Origin: the human T2T-CHM13v2.0 reference genome, Homo sapiens
DNA: 64,000 nt
Strand: one strand, 5' to 3'
NCBI RefSeq assembly: GCF_009914755.1
Contig: NC_060926.1
Shown here: positions 1-18,839 of the stretch, piece by piece
Position numbering within the stretch: position 1 is the stretch's first letter
Layout of the letters: each line of letters opens with the position of its first letter
Notes under the pieces: model-generated
The model's input: only the letters and a program-made list of their open reading frames with translations
The model's database searches: none
Told to the model about the DNA's origin: nothing
Program-made: the position numbers and the translations under genes

Positions 1-412
1 ACATTCATGCCTTTGTCTGGCTCAGTGAATCTGCATTTTTTACATAAGACGACATAGACAAGTGGCATAGAGGAAAAACAAGGGAATGTGTATTTTACGT
101 AACACAGACAAACAGGGCAGGGGAGCAATCAGATATGCATTTGTGTCTGATGGGCAGGAAGGCGACGGCACCTGTAAAGATAAGCCTTCCATTTACATGC
201 ATGGAGAAATTTTAACAGAAACACCTTCAGAGATCTTGCGGCGCTAGGAATTTCCATGAGGGCAACACCGGGGAGGCGGGTGGCTTTTCATCTTGCAGCT
301 GTCTTATTTAGGAACCAAAAGTGCGAGGCAGGTTTTCACGAGCCAGTTTCCAGCTTGACTTTTCCCTCTGGCTTAATGAGTCTGGGGTCCCAGAATTTAA
401 TTTCCTTTCACA
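1..412 (-). mobile_element. MER4-family ERV1 LTR, truncated by the window edge
   Basis: Ends ...ccagcttgactttccctctggcttaatgagtctggggtcccagaatttaatttcctttcaca, the reverse complement of the MER4 5' end TGTGAAAGGAAA...; shares cagatatgcattt and the terminal motif with the copy at 43.8-44.2 kb. Confidence 0.75.
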
Positions 413-594
413 TGACAGATGGGAGCATCGGGCCAGGGTGCTGCCCGTGGCCCCACGCTTCCCCGAGGGGCTGCTCCCATCGTAAGTCCTGGCAAGATGG
501 TGGTCAGGTGGGGGTCTTTCACAGCGCCTCCCCCATCTTATAAAAGCCAAAGGATTCCAGGGTCTCAGGTGGGATTCTAATCCTTTATATGCTC

Positions 595-960
595 ATATGG
601 CAAAACCCCTGGACCCTTTTTCAGAATAATGTTTTCATAGTTTACATAAAAATGCAATAACTATGAAATACTGTTATCAAAGTTTTAAAGATCGGATGTA
701 ATGATATAATTTATTAATGCATAAAACAGAATCTGGTGATGGGTCTAAAACCCACCATAATTTTGAAGTTATGACTGTAAATGGTATTTTAAGATATCTT
801 CAATAATTGCAAAAAGATTGGAAATGCCTGCGATTTCTTCTGGTAGAAAAGCCACAGGTTCGGTTAACTGAATTCATTTTGTTGCTTCTGGTCAGGATCG
901 AATGACAGTTAAATTTGATTCATGATTACTGAAAAATGGGTGAACCCTGGGGTGTGTGGG
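595..960. mobile_element. Probable hAT-Charlie DNA transposon remnant
   Basis: ggaccctttttcagaataatgtttt...tgaaatactgttatcaaa resembles Charlie-family consensus (recalled). Confidence 0.4.
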
Positions 961-1084
961 CCCTGAGTCTGGAAGGTCTGGTCTGGCGCAAAGCACCTCT
1001 CACCACCTCTGCCCCCTGTGTGCTTCACATTTCAAACTTAACAACATATTTTCACATTCGTTATCTTATTTAATTTGCTGATGA

Positions 1085-1565
1085 TAAATATATTAAGCAT
1101 CCAACCCAAGAAACTAGTAAGAGAGTAAGAATATTCACCCAAGACAATTACATGGCAGGAAGAACGAAGATTAAAAATAAATGTACACAGTAGAAAATGT
1201 CAACAAAAATTAGACCTTGTTAACAAAATACTAGATTTAATCAATGAAAGCCACAGATGGTTTGTTGAAAATAAAAATAGAGAATGGAGAAACCTATTAA
1301 TAATTTAAGTAATTTGGAAATGTATATTAGGGCAAATTTAAGATAAGAACATATACAAAAGGAAATATTATGTAAAACTCAGAGAAAAATCTAAACAAAC
1401 ATATTTTCTGAGAGAATATAAGTTTAAAAATTGACTTCAGAAGAAATAGAAAACACAAGTAGCTCGATAACTATAGTAGTGACGAAAGAGATTGGCTGAG
1501 CTAAACTAGTGTTATAAGCACCAGTCCTTGATGGTAACTCAGAAGTTTTGAAAAAGAGAAACAGA
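1085..1565 (+). mobile_element. Ancient L1M ORF2 fragment
   Basis: A-rich, with degenerate L1 ORF2 words (aagcatccaacccaagaaactag, aatcaatgaaagccacagatggtttgttgaaaa, aaattgacttcagaagaaatagaaaac). Confidence 0.55.
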
Positions 1566-1569
1566 GCAG

Positions 1570-1672
1570 TGTGGAGTATGTGTGCGCAGGTTCACACATG
1601 TGTGAAAGTGTGTGGGATGTTTATCTGTGTGTCTGTGTGCACACGGTGTGTGAGTGTGTATGTGTGTGTGTG
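1570..1672 (+). repeat. Degenerate (TG)n microsatellite
   Basis: Directly visible TG-rich tract. Confidence 0.85.
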
Positions 1673-1699
1673 CTTGTTAAAGTAGGCAGATGGCCGGGA

Positions 1700-1875
1700 A
1701 TCTGTATCCTGCCCTCACAAGGTGGGCTCCCACCTGCAGGCTCAGAGGAGGAGCCCCTTCCGGGCCCCCTGTTCCTGACTTCTGACCCCTGGCGCTGCCC
1801 CACGGTAAATGCCAGTGCTTTTAGGCCACTGGGTTTGTGGTTATTTGTTATGTCAGCAAAAAAAGAACTAATACA
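1700..1875 (+). mobile_element. MLT1 (MaLR) LTR 3' part
   Basis: Canonical MLT1 end ttttaggccactgggtttgtggttatttgttatgtcagca...aactaataca. Confidence 0.65.
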
Positions 1876-1879
1876 AAGA

Positions 1880-2170
1880 GCAGGTAAATTGGAATAGCCT
1901 CTTTACAGGGTAATTTGACTTCATCTATAAGAATGTAAAATGCAGACACTGACCTGGAAATTCCACTTTCAGCATTTAACCTTTAAAAATATCCACACTT
2001 GTTATCACATAGGTACATGCAAAGATGTTCACTGTGACATTATCTTTAACAGTGAGAAATTGTGAGCATAAAACATTTGTAAAATACCAATGAACAGAAT
2101 GGCAGAACACAAGAACACATCATTATATTTTTATGCATGGATCGGATACTGCAGGATGCTTAAGAAGACA
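1880..2170 (+). mobile_element. Ancient L1M 3' fragment
   Basis: gacctggaaattccactt...catgcaaagatgttcactgtgacattat resembles the L1M 3' region. Confidence 0.5.
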
Positions 2171-3040
2171 GTGAAAATATTTCCCAGACGTTTTGTTAGG
2201 GTATGGGAGTCCCAGGACAGCAGCGCCTGCATGACCCCATTTAGGAGGAGGAGGAGGAGCAGCCAGACCACCCTTGAGGGCCTGCCCAGGCCCAGGTGGG
2301 GATGCTGCTGCTGGGAACAGGGTCACCTCCTTGAGGGATGTGGAGAAAGGGGGTGTGAAGGGGGTGTCACTCCTTGGTTTGCAGGTTTTTGTAACAAGAA
2401 GGTCCTTTTGTATTTTTGGTTCCATTTTGGAAATTAAATGGAAGAATGCACGTGCATCAAACGTGTGGTTTGGTTTTTGGGGGGATTCCCAGACCCACTC
2501 TCCATCATGGAACGCAGGTGGACTCCTGTCCAGATTAGTCTTGAAGGAGGTCTGTGCCTGATGGGAAGGCAGAGCCTCTCACCTGGCCTGGCCTCAGCTG
2601 GCTTTTGGGGTGCTCTGCAGCAGGGCAGGCACGTGGCCAGCCACGAGGAAAGCCAAGGGGACTCAGCCCGGGAAGCGGCCTCGCTGGCTCAGACGTGGCT
2701 GTGGTGCCGGGCCTCCTGGGGAGCAGCCTGGGGACAGGGAGTTGCCTTCTCTCTGCCTGGTTGCCCTCTGCGTGGGGTGAAACCTTCCCGCACGTCTGTG
2801 TTGCTGTCTGACTTTTAAACACTGCATGAAACAGAGGCCTTGCCATGCCGTGGCTGCGTGGATCTGTGGAGCCAGTGGAGACTCACAGCAGTGAGCAGTC
2901 CTGGGGGCCCAGGGTGTGACCCCCGTCGTCCAAACCCCGGCCCAACGTGTGCAGAGCCCTCCCACCATCCACTCGCTGCAACTTTTCTTTAAATATGCCC
3001 ATCTTTTTACTCAAATTTACTTATTTAAAAGTTAATTTTG

Positions 3041-3337
<297 letters not shown>

Positions 3338-3469
3338 TTAATTTAACAAACCCCTTTCACTATTTAATTGAACATACTTCAAAATTAGTTAAATTAGGAT
3401 CAATAATTTGTATAAAAATTGTAGAAATACCGGAACAAAGTGCAGATGAACACTTTTGTCCCAAGGGGC

Positions 3470-9117
<5,648 letters not shown>

Positions 9118-9403
9118 GAAACAGAAAACCAAACACCGCATGTTCTCACTCATAAGTGGGAGACGAACAATGAGAACACATGGACACAGGGAGGGGAACA
9201 TCACACACTGGGGCCTGTCAGGGGGCAGGGGGCTAGGGGAGGAAGAGTATTAGGACAAATACCTAATGCACTCGGGGCTTGAAACCTAGATGACGGGTTG
9301 ACAGGTGCAGCAAACCACCATGGCACATGTACACCTATGTAACCTATGTAACAAACCTGCACGTTCTGCACATGTATCCCAGAACTTAAAATAATGAAAA
9401 AAA
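9118..9403 (+). mobile_element. Second, younger L1 3' end (L1PA7/8-like) with A tail
   Basis: Restarts at gaaacagaaaaccaaacaccgcatgttctcactcataagtggg, a region already present at ~8930-8970; ends ...cccagaacttaaaataatgaaaaaaa. Confidence 0.85.
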
Positions 9404-9497
9404 GTGAGTCCAGATTCTGATCTTGGCTCATGTGTCCCCAGGTGCACTGCAAACAAAATCAGAAAATAAACTGCACATTTTAATCACAGGAAGACCC

Positions 9498-10590
9498 AAG
9501 GCTGGGAGGTACCAGTGCATCTCCATCCCTGGGACAGGAGGCCGGGAGGTAGCAGTGCATCTGCATCCCTGGGACAGGAGGCCGGGAGGTAGCAGTGCAT
9601 CTCCATCCCTGGGACAGGAGGCCGGGAGGTAGCAGCGCATCTGCATCCCTGGGACAGGAGGCCGGGAGGTAGCAGTGCATCTCCATCCCTGGGACAGGAG
9701 GCCGGGAGGTAGCAGTGCATCTCCATCCCTGGGACAGGAGGCCGGGAGGTAGCAGTGCATCTCCATCCCTGGGACAGGAGGCCGGGAGGTAGCAGTGCAT
9801 CTCCATCCCTGGGACAGGAGGCCGGGAGGTACCAGTGCATCTCCATCCCTAGGACAGGAGGCTGGGAGGTACCAGTGCATCTCCATCCCTGGGACAGGAG
9901 GCCGGGAGGTACCAGTGCATCTCCATCTCTGGGACAGGAGGCCAGGGGGTGCCCGGACGTCTCCATCCCTGGGACAGGAGGCCGGGAGGTAGCAGTGCAT
10001 CTCCATCCCTGGGACAGGAGGCCGGGAGGTAGCAGTGCATCTCCATCCCTGGGACAGGAGGCCGGGAGGTACCAGTGCATCTCCATCCCTGGGACAGGAG
10101 GCCGGGAGGTACCAGTGCATCTCCATCCCTAGGACAGGAGGCTGGGAGGTACCAGTGCATCTCCATCCCTGGGACAGGAGGCCGGGAGGTACCAGTGCAT
10201 CTCCATCTCTGGGACAGGAGGCCAGGGGGTGCCCGGACGTCTCCATCCCTGGGACAGGAGGCCGGGAGGTACCAGTGCATCTCCATCCCTGGGACAGGAG
10301 GCCAGGAGGTGCCGGGACGTCTCCATCCCAGGACAGGAGACCGGGAGGTACCAGTGCATCTCCATCCCTAGGACAGGAGGCTGGGAGGTATCAGTGCATC
10401 TCCATCCCTGGGACAGGAGGCCGGGAGGTACCAGTGCGTCTCCATCCCTGGGACAGGAGGCCAGGAGGTGCCCGGACGTCTCCATCCCTGGGACAGGAGG
10501 CCAGGAGGTGCCTGGACGTCTCCATCCCTGGTGCCCGGACGTCTCCATCCCTGGGACAGGAGGCCGGGAAGCACCAGCACATCTCCCTCC
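9498..10590. repeat. Minisatellite, 40-bp unit GGGAGGTAGCAGTGCATCTCCATCCCTGGGACAGGAGGCC, ~27 copies
   Basis: Direct 40-bp periodicity. Confidence 0.98.
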
Positions 10591-11224
10591 TTGGACTGCA
10601 CCATGGAAAACCAAGGCCGTCATGAGGGAGGTCTGGACTTACAGGGTGGTGGAATAGTGTGTGCTGGGGAGCCCTTTGTCTTTTCCCTGGGTGCCATATG
10701 GAGAATTATACATGCAGGCAGGAGGGGAAGGTGTTAGATACTCGTGGTGGGAGGTAAGTGTGAGACAGGCAGGGCAGGGCCTACTGCTGTGTATGGGCAG
10801 TGGGAAGAGTGTGGTTTAAATGATTTTCCATCGAACATGCTAATGGCAGCCTGTGACTGGGATGAGGTCCCAGTGGCAGATTAAGGTGGTAAATGCCCCC
10901 ATACCCTTTATCAAAGTTAACTGCAAAAGGAAGCCAGAGTCATCTATACTATTGATCTGCATTTTATCTATTGCCTTTTAAAGTGAGAAAATCAGTGACT
11001 CATATTTACTTTACAAGGCAATGAAAGTGGAGCAGCTTCCTACACAGGCAGGTGAGGAGGCACCGTCTCTCCTGCTTATTGCAGGGCTGTCATGGGAAGA
11101 GCTGTGTCAGCTAATCCTCTGGGTGTTACGCTTTATTCTCAGTGTGGCTTTAGTGGGTCTAGAAATGGGGGTGTGGGAAACACTCACAGATTTAGCACTA
11201 AAGGGCACCCTCACCATGGAATCT

Positions 11225-11715
11225 GGAGCTAACCACCTGCAGACATGAAGCTGGGCTCAGCCCTGCAGGTTCTGTGCAGCTAACCATGTGCAGACATGAA
11301 GCTGGGCTCAGCCCCGCAGGTTCTGTGCAGCTAACCATGTGCAGACATGAAGCCGGGCTCAGCCCCGCAGGTTCTCTGCAGCTAACCATGTGCAGACATG
11401 AAGCTGGGCTCAGCCCCGCAGGTTCTGTGCAGCTAACCATGTGCAGACATGAAGCTGGGCTCGGCCCTGCAGCGGCTGTGCAGTCAACCACATGCAGACA
11501 TGAAGCTGGGCTCAGCACTGCAGGTTCCGTGCAGCCAATCACGTGCAGACATGAAGCTGGGCCCAGCCCCACAGGTTCTGTGCAGCTAACCATGTGCAGA
11601 CATGAAGCTGGGCTCGGCCCTGCAGCGGCTGTGCAGTCAACCACATGCAGACATGAAGCTGGGCTCAGCACTGCAGGTTCCGTGCAGCTAACTATGTGCA
11701 GAGGTAAAGCTGGGC
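11225..11715. repeat. Minisatellite, 51-bp unit GCAGACATGAAGCTGGGCTCAGCCCCGCAGGTTCTGTGCAGCTAACCATGT, ~9.5 copies
   Basis: Direct periodicity; 17-aa repeat in the ORF track. Confidence 0.97.
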
Positions 11716-12403
11716 AGCAACATCTTATTCTCATAACTTCTTTACCACTATGAAAACCAAAACAAAGTTACTGGTGAAACATAACTTTAGATTTCCAGAA
11801 AGTCAATCCAGATCCAAGTAACAACCCGTATGTAATGGGGTAGACAATGGTCATGCTAAAACCAAGTTCCAGTGTTGAGTTCCGTCAGAAATTTGTTCCC
11901 TATCTGAATGTTATCATTTTGAGATAGAAGAATCATTTGAATCTTCATCATGACTATCATTATCTTTGGTTTTAACAACTTTTTCATTTTACTTAATGAG
12001 ACATCAGATTGATGGGACAATCAATTCAGCAGTACACCCCAAATAGTACACGGGGAAAGTAAGATGGCCTTTGTAAGGAAATCCACCCTCCCTGTTTGCA
12101 GACCTGCCTGGCATAGGCAGCTTGTCAGTTGGTGGTCGGTTGGTGTGGGATCCGTGGCTCTGTGGCTGGACTCCTTTGTGCTGGTGGTGACTCTGTCCTC
12201 CCACTTTCTTTCCACATCACATCACACACACTTTGCTCTCAGGGTGCTGCACGAGGGCCCTAGCGTCTGCCCTGGAGGATGTGATTTTAAACCCACATGC
12301 AGGCGTCTGCCCTGAGAACATGTGGCAGTGTTCCTCTTTGAGCTGTCATCGCTATGAGCCAGAACATTGTTGTTTGTGGTTTTCAGATGATTATCAAAAT
12401 GAA

Positions 12404-12405
<2 letters not shown>

Positions 12406-12446
<41 letters not shown>

Positions 12447-12447
12447 C
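12406..12447 (+). repeat. (CA)n microsatellite
   Basis: Directly visible. Confidence 0.97.
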
Positions 12448-12664
12448 CTCATGGAGCTCCTTGACTCCTGAGAATATGTCCTTAGCGTTCCTGACCTCAC
12501 TGTGGGAAGGGCTGGGGCCAGGCCCAAGATTGCTGCCTTCCTAACACCTGCGGCTCCAGGAGATCCCCCCCCACCACATGGCTTAACTCAGTGGGGGGCC
12601 ACTGGATCCTCAAATCAACAGTACTCGATTCTAAGAGACACAGAGCTGGTTTAGAATAGAATAG

Positions 12665-12960
12665 AAGTCAGGATTTTGCTTGTGACAGAAAACCAAATCC
12701 AAAAAGCTCGAGTGAGAAAGAGTTTTCTGGGGCACACACTGAAAAAAGCCTAGGGATAGATGGCTTCAGGTATGGCTGGATCCAGGACTCAAATAAGGTT
12801 GTTGGAAGCAGCTTTCTTTTTCTGGCTCCTGGTTCTGCTCCTTTCTGTGGTCATTCTCAGGTCTCCTGTCCCCTCAGCCAACCTCCCCTTAGTCCAGACC
12901 CAGCAGAGAAAAGAGCTGCCATGTCCCCATGGGCTGGAGCCAGGCATCCTGACCCTGCTG
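12665..12960 (-). mobile_element. Old MLT1 (J/K/L-type) MaLR LTR
   Basis: gtcaggattttgcttgtgacagaaaaccaaatcc...ggcttcaggtatggctggatccaggactcaaa resembles old MLT1 consensus (recalled). Confidence 0.5.
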
Positions 12961-13322
12961 TGTGCCCTGGGGGTGCTGCTGGGTACCCATCGTTCTCTCC
13001 TGGTGCACGTGGCTGACAGTGGAGGAGAGGTGGACTCCCACTGACAACGGGGAGCTGGTTCTCGAAGAAGCGGTGCCCACACTGGGTGGCAGACACCCGT
13101 CTGGCATGGAGGGTGGATTTCGAAGCCAGCAGGCACTTTGTCCCTGTCACACCAACTCTCCGCTTGTTGGCTGTCAGCCTGGGGCCCCTAAGAATGACAC
13201 TGTCTGTCCCCAGGAGGCCCCTGATAAAAATAGATTGATTGATTGATCAACTGAATGAATCCTGGCTCTGAATGCCGCATCAGCCTGTTTGATGGAAAGG
13301 CCATTTAACACCTAAGAGAAGC

Positions 13323-13400
13323 GAGCCACGTGCCAGGTCCCCAGCTCGGAAGACCGATGTTGAGCCACGTGCCAGGTCCCCAGCTCGGAAGACCGATGTT
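13323..13400. repeat. Perfect 39-bp tandem duplication
   Basis: gagccacgtgccaggtccccagctcggaagaccgatgtt x2. Confidence 0.95.
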
Positions 13401-15083
13401 GGAGGGTCACTGCAGAGCGCCTGCTGTGGAGAAACAGGCTGGGTCCTTCCTGACTGTGCTGCGCGCTCCTCACCGCGTCTTTACGGGGAGTGCCGCCCTT
13501 CCTCCCATGGCTGCACCAGGCTGAGTGGCCGCAAAGGCTGAGCACTCAGACAGTGTGAACCCACAGCCCACAGCCCCTGCTGCTGGACCACAGATGTTTA
13601 TCCCCAGAGGGAGGATGAGCTGTGATCCAGTTCAAACCATCCCATTACGAAGGAGAACAGCGGAGATGCTGGGGAGCAGAGGACTAGGAATTCCTTTTAG
13701 GATTCTGAGAAAGTGCTGAGAGCAACAAAACAAATCTTCTGCGCTTTGGGGTTTGCAAGCGGCACTGAAAGCTACACCGTTATTTTAAGTAAATGAAAGA
13801 AAAGTGTGTGGTCCAGTGCTGTTGATAAAGGCGGGTGGGGTTGTTCTAACATCCTCGGTGACATGTGCCCCGGCTTTTGAGAACTCCTGGCTCTGCCGGC
13901 TCTCAGACTTCATAAAACCCATGTGGTTGTGGCAGGCAGTCTGTCATAGCTGGTCTGTGCAGTGTGGTCCATGCCCGCCAGGCAGGCTTGAACTCCTCTT
14001 CCTCTGTGATCCGCTCTGGCAAAATAAACCAGCCAGGTCTGGGGTGGCACCTGCCCCGCACTGACCCTCAGGCCTGCCGTGGGCTGAGCACAGGGTAAGC
14101 AGGTGGATCCACGCTCTCTCTGCCCCTCTCGCTCCCTCTCCCTGCTCCATCACACTTCCCATTGAAGAGGAGGATGAGACGCTCAGTATTTTACTTCTCG
14201 CCGAGTTATCCCACACTCTTCACAGACACCACACGGAACGCCTGCACCATGTGTCAGCGTCTGTGCTTTCGCATTCATTTACCGTGGTTTCTATTTAGGC
14301 TGATTTTGTGTGTGCAGAGTGTTCGGGGGTGGAATTCATCTGAGAGTGAGTAGATATTTCTGGGGCTCCAGATGCACAGTCCTACATCGTTCCAGGAAAG
14401 TCTGTTGGTGAAGGCCCCGCCTGGTGCTGGGTGCAGGGGTTGGGGCTAGGCAGAGCTGACAGCTGGGAGGATTTGGGGGCTGAGGTTTAGGTGCAGGAGA
14501 AGGTGAGGGTGGGAAGCCCACATTGCCAAGAGGGAGGAAAAGGGACTTAGGGATGAAATATTGAGATGTTGGCTATTGTTCTCAGTCCACCCCCAAATTA
14601 AAAAAAAAAAAAGTCAAATACAGATGCGGTTTGCCTGATTTAAGGGACAGGGGAAGACGGGAGGCAGCTGGGTCAGCCCTGGATTTTGGTTCTGAGTCTA
14701 CGCACGTGTCTCTGGCTGCCAGACGCGCCCCTGCTTCATACAGGGCTGCTTATTAACTTAACAAGTTCCCTTCTGATTCAATCACCCCTTCGGTCTGGAG
14801 AACACCCGGATCCAAGGTCCCCCTGTTAAGACTGACTTTACCGGGACCCTGGGGCCTCAGCAAAGCTCTGTCCCCGGAACCTGCCCGCAGAATCGCACAT
14901 CTGGTTCCTGCCTCAGTGCCCAGAGCGCCCAGACACCTGCTGCGGCTCCACAGGCTTCTTAGCACAGTGAGGGTTGGTCACTCCTGAAAGCGACGCTCCC
15001 GCCCCTTGGTTGCTGTCCTCAGCTGAGAACAGAGCACGGGAACCCCCAGTCACCTCGGTCTGTTTATTTTCTATTTTTCGCAG

Positions 15084-15106
15084 CGGCTGTGATATGTGTG
15101 TTGAAG
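15084..15106 (+). other. Candidate 23-nt micro-exon
   Basis: tgtttattttctatttttcgcag|CGGCTGTGATATGTGTGTTGAAG|gtgagt: long pyrimidine tract, CAG acceptor and consensus donor. Confidence 0.4.
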
Positions 15107-15619
15107 GTGAGTCCTCCACAGCCTGGCCTCGGATGAGTCGAGCCGTCACCACCTGTTGGTTTGTCTCTTTTGTTGCTGGGCCGCGTGCCCCGTCCTTGGG
15201 TGTTCATTAAGCCGATGCGTGCCTGTGGTTAAGGTCAAAAGTTTTTAGCATGAAGGCGGCCAGGTGGAGGCTGCTTAGTTACAGCCACTCAGGGGCAACG
15301 CGGCCAGGCGCAGCTTCAGGACTGCTTTCCTTTAGACTGAAAGTGGGGTCTTAGATTTCCGATGGAGATCCGTCTGCAATGTGTTTCAGCTTCTTCTGAT
15401 CTGAGGTCTGGAAACCCCCATGAATAAAAAACCTTGCTGGGAGCTGCCCACATCAGTGGGCCTGGCTTCTGCTGTCTGCCTTTGCTGGCTGGACGGGGCA
15501 GAGGAGAAGGGCCACTCGGGATTTCTCAGAGTCTCACTCCTGGGGCTTCAGAGCCGCAGCCTTAATTAGTAGGCGTTAAAGAGAGCCTGGGAAAGGCAGA
15601 GGCCAACACTACCTCCCAC

Positions 15620-17670
15620 TCCTCACAGTGGTGGGGTCCACTCCACCCCCACTCACAACAGAGGGACCCACTCCACCCCCACTCACAGGAGAGGGACTCA
15701 CTCCACCCCACTCACAGCAGAGGGACTCACTCCACCCCCACTCACAGGAGAGGGACTCACTCCACCTCCACTCACAACAGAGGGACTCACTCCACCCCAC
15801 TCACAGCAGAGGGACTCACTCCACCTCCACTCACAGGAGAGGGACCCGCTCCACCTCCACTCACAAGAGAGGGACCCACTCCACCCCACTCACAGCAGAG
15901 GTACCCACTCCACCTCCACTCACAAGAGAGGGACTCACTCCACCCCCACTCACAGCAGAGGGGCCCACTCCACTCCACTCACAGGAGAGGGACCCACTCC
16001 AGCCCCACTCACAGGAGAGGGACCCACTCCACCCCACTCACAGGAGAGGGACTCACTCCACCTCCACTCACAACAGAGGGACCCACTCCACCCGACTCAC
16101 AGCAGAGGGGCCCACTCCACCTCCACTCACAGGAGAGGGACTCACTCCACCCCCACTCACAGCAGAGGGACTCACTCCACCCCACTCACAGCAGAGGGAC
16201 TCACTCCACCCCCACTCACAGCAGAGGGGCCCACTCCACCCCCACTCACAGCAGAGGGGCCCACTCCACCCCACTCACAGCAGAGGGACCCACTCCACCC
16301 CCACTCACAGCAGAGGGGCCCACTTCACCCCACTCACAGCAGAGGGACCCACTCCACCCCACTCACAGCAGAGGGACTCACTCCACCTCCACTCACAGGA
16401 GAGGGACCCGCTCCACCTCCACTCACAAGAGAGGGACCCACTCCACCCCACTCACAGCAGAGGTACCCACTCCACCTCCACTCACAAGAGAGGGACTCAC
16501 TCCACCCCCACTCACAGCAGAGGGGCCCACTCCACTCCACTCACAGGAGAGGGACCCACTCCAGCCCCACTCACAGGAGAGGGACCCACTCCACCCCACT
16601 CACAGGAGAGGGACTCACTCCACCTCCACTCACAACAGAGGGACCCACTCCACCCGACTCACAGCAGAGGGGCCCACTCCACCTCCACTCACAGGAGAGG
16701 GACTCACTCCACCCCCACTCACAGCAGAGGGACTCACTCCACCCCACTCACAGCAGAGGGACTCACTCCACCCCCACTCACAGCAGAGGGGCCCACTCCA
16801 CCCCCACTCACAGCAGAGGGACTCACTCCACCCCCACTCACAGCAGAGGGGCCCACTCCACCCCCACTCACAGCAGAGGGGCCCACTCCACCCCACTCAC
16901 AGCAGAGGGACCCACTCCACCCCACTCACAGCAGAGGGACTCACTCCACCTCCACTCACAGGAGAGGGACCCGCTCCACCTCCACTCACAAGAGAGGGAC
17001 CCACTCCACCCCACTCACAGCAGAGGTACCCACTCCACCTCCACTCACAAGAGAGGGACTCACTCCACCCCCACTCACAGCAGAGGGGCCCACTCCACTC
17101 CACTCACAGGAGAGGGACCCACTCCAGCCCCACTCACAGGAGAGGGACCCACTCCACCCCACTCACAGGAGAGGGACCCACTCCACCTCCACTCACAAGA
17201 GAGGGACTTACTCCACCCCTACTCACAGGAGAGGGACCCACTCCACCCCACTCACAGGAGAGGGACTCACTCCACCCCACTCACAGGAGAGGGACCCACT
17301 CCACCCCACTCACAGCAGAGGGACCCACTCCACCCCACTCACAGGAGAGGGGCCCACTCCACCCCACTCGCAGGAGAGGGACTCACTCCACCCCACTCAC
17401 AGGAGAGGGACCCACTCCACTCCACTCGCAGGAGAGGGACCCACTCCACCCCACTCACAGGAGAGGGACCCACTCCACTCCACTCACAGGAGAGGGACTC
17501 ACTCCACCCCACTCACAGCAGAGGGGCCCACTCCACCCCACTCACAGCAGAGGGACCCACTCCACCCCACTCACAGGAGAGGGACCCACTCCACTCCACT
17601 CACAGGAGAGGGACCCACTCCACCCCCACTCACAGCAGAGGGAACCACTCCACCCCACTTACAGGAGAAA
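15620..17670. repeat. Minisatellite, 29/30-bp unit CACTCACAGCAGAGGGAC(T/C)CACTCCACCC(C), ~70 copies, with ~562-bp higher-order repeat
   Basis: Direct periodicity; rare variant GGTACC recurs at ~15900, ~16462 and ~17025. Confidence 0.98.
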
Positions 17671-18412
17671 GGTCCTTGCTTCTGGAATTTCTTTTCCTGA
17701 GTTGGGAGGTCTGGGGCTGCCCTGTCTGGATCTTCCCAGCCCCTGAGCGTGGAGGGAGAATGGCTGGGTGTCCCGTTTGGGCTGAGTGCGAGGGAGAAAC
17801 CTGGCCTCGCTGGCTGACGCCGACCAGCTGAATTAAGCACCGTGTTTCCCAAGTCTTTCACGTGGACAAAAAATCCGATTAAAATCTTCCTTACTGAATG
17901 TTTTCTTTTGAACATGTCTTGTCTCACAGAAAGATTAAAGGGTGAGTTTAGGACTTCCGCTTCCATCCAGGGTGGAGTAAAAGGAACCAATTTACCCTCA
18001 CCCCAGAACCAAAACCAGCTGCAACACAAGAAAAAATAAGCCATCGTTTTTAATGTATTGGATATGAAGTAATGAAGGACACTGATCCCTGGGAGGCAGG
18101 AAACAGAGAGGGTGAGACCTGCCGATGCCACAGCTCAGGGAAGAGGTTCCAGGCTGTGGTGCAGGGCAGGGAGCCGAGGCAGAACCCGGGGCTTCCTGGG
18201 TTAAGGAGATGGAACTGGATCCCAAGGGCCCAAAGCTGGTGGAGTCCATGGGAGAAGCACCCTACAGGTGGGAGGGGCATGGAGGCCTGGGGAGAGGGCC
18301 TCGTCTTCAGCTGAATGTTGATCAGCACAAGTGTGTGAGGAAGCTGCCCCGGGAGGAGAGTCTCTCAGAAAGGATTAGAGCTCCCCCAGGACTGGACCTG
18401 GTCCCACTCCCA

Positions 18413-18839
<427 letters not shown>

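Noticed and set aside
9428-10657. Overlapping ORFs up to 272 aa
   Set aside because: Produced by the 40-bp repeat
15628-17700. 690-aa Pro/Thr/His-rich mucin-like ORF
   Set aside because: Lies almost entirely in the VNTR, whose + strand lacks stop codons; 29/30-bp units cycle through frames; GTG start
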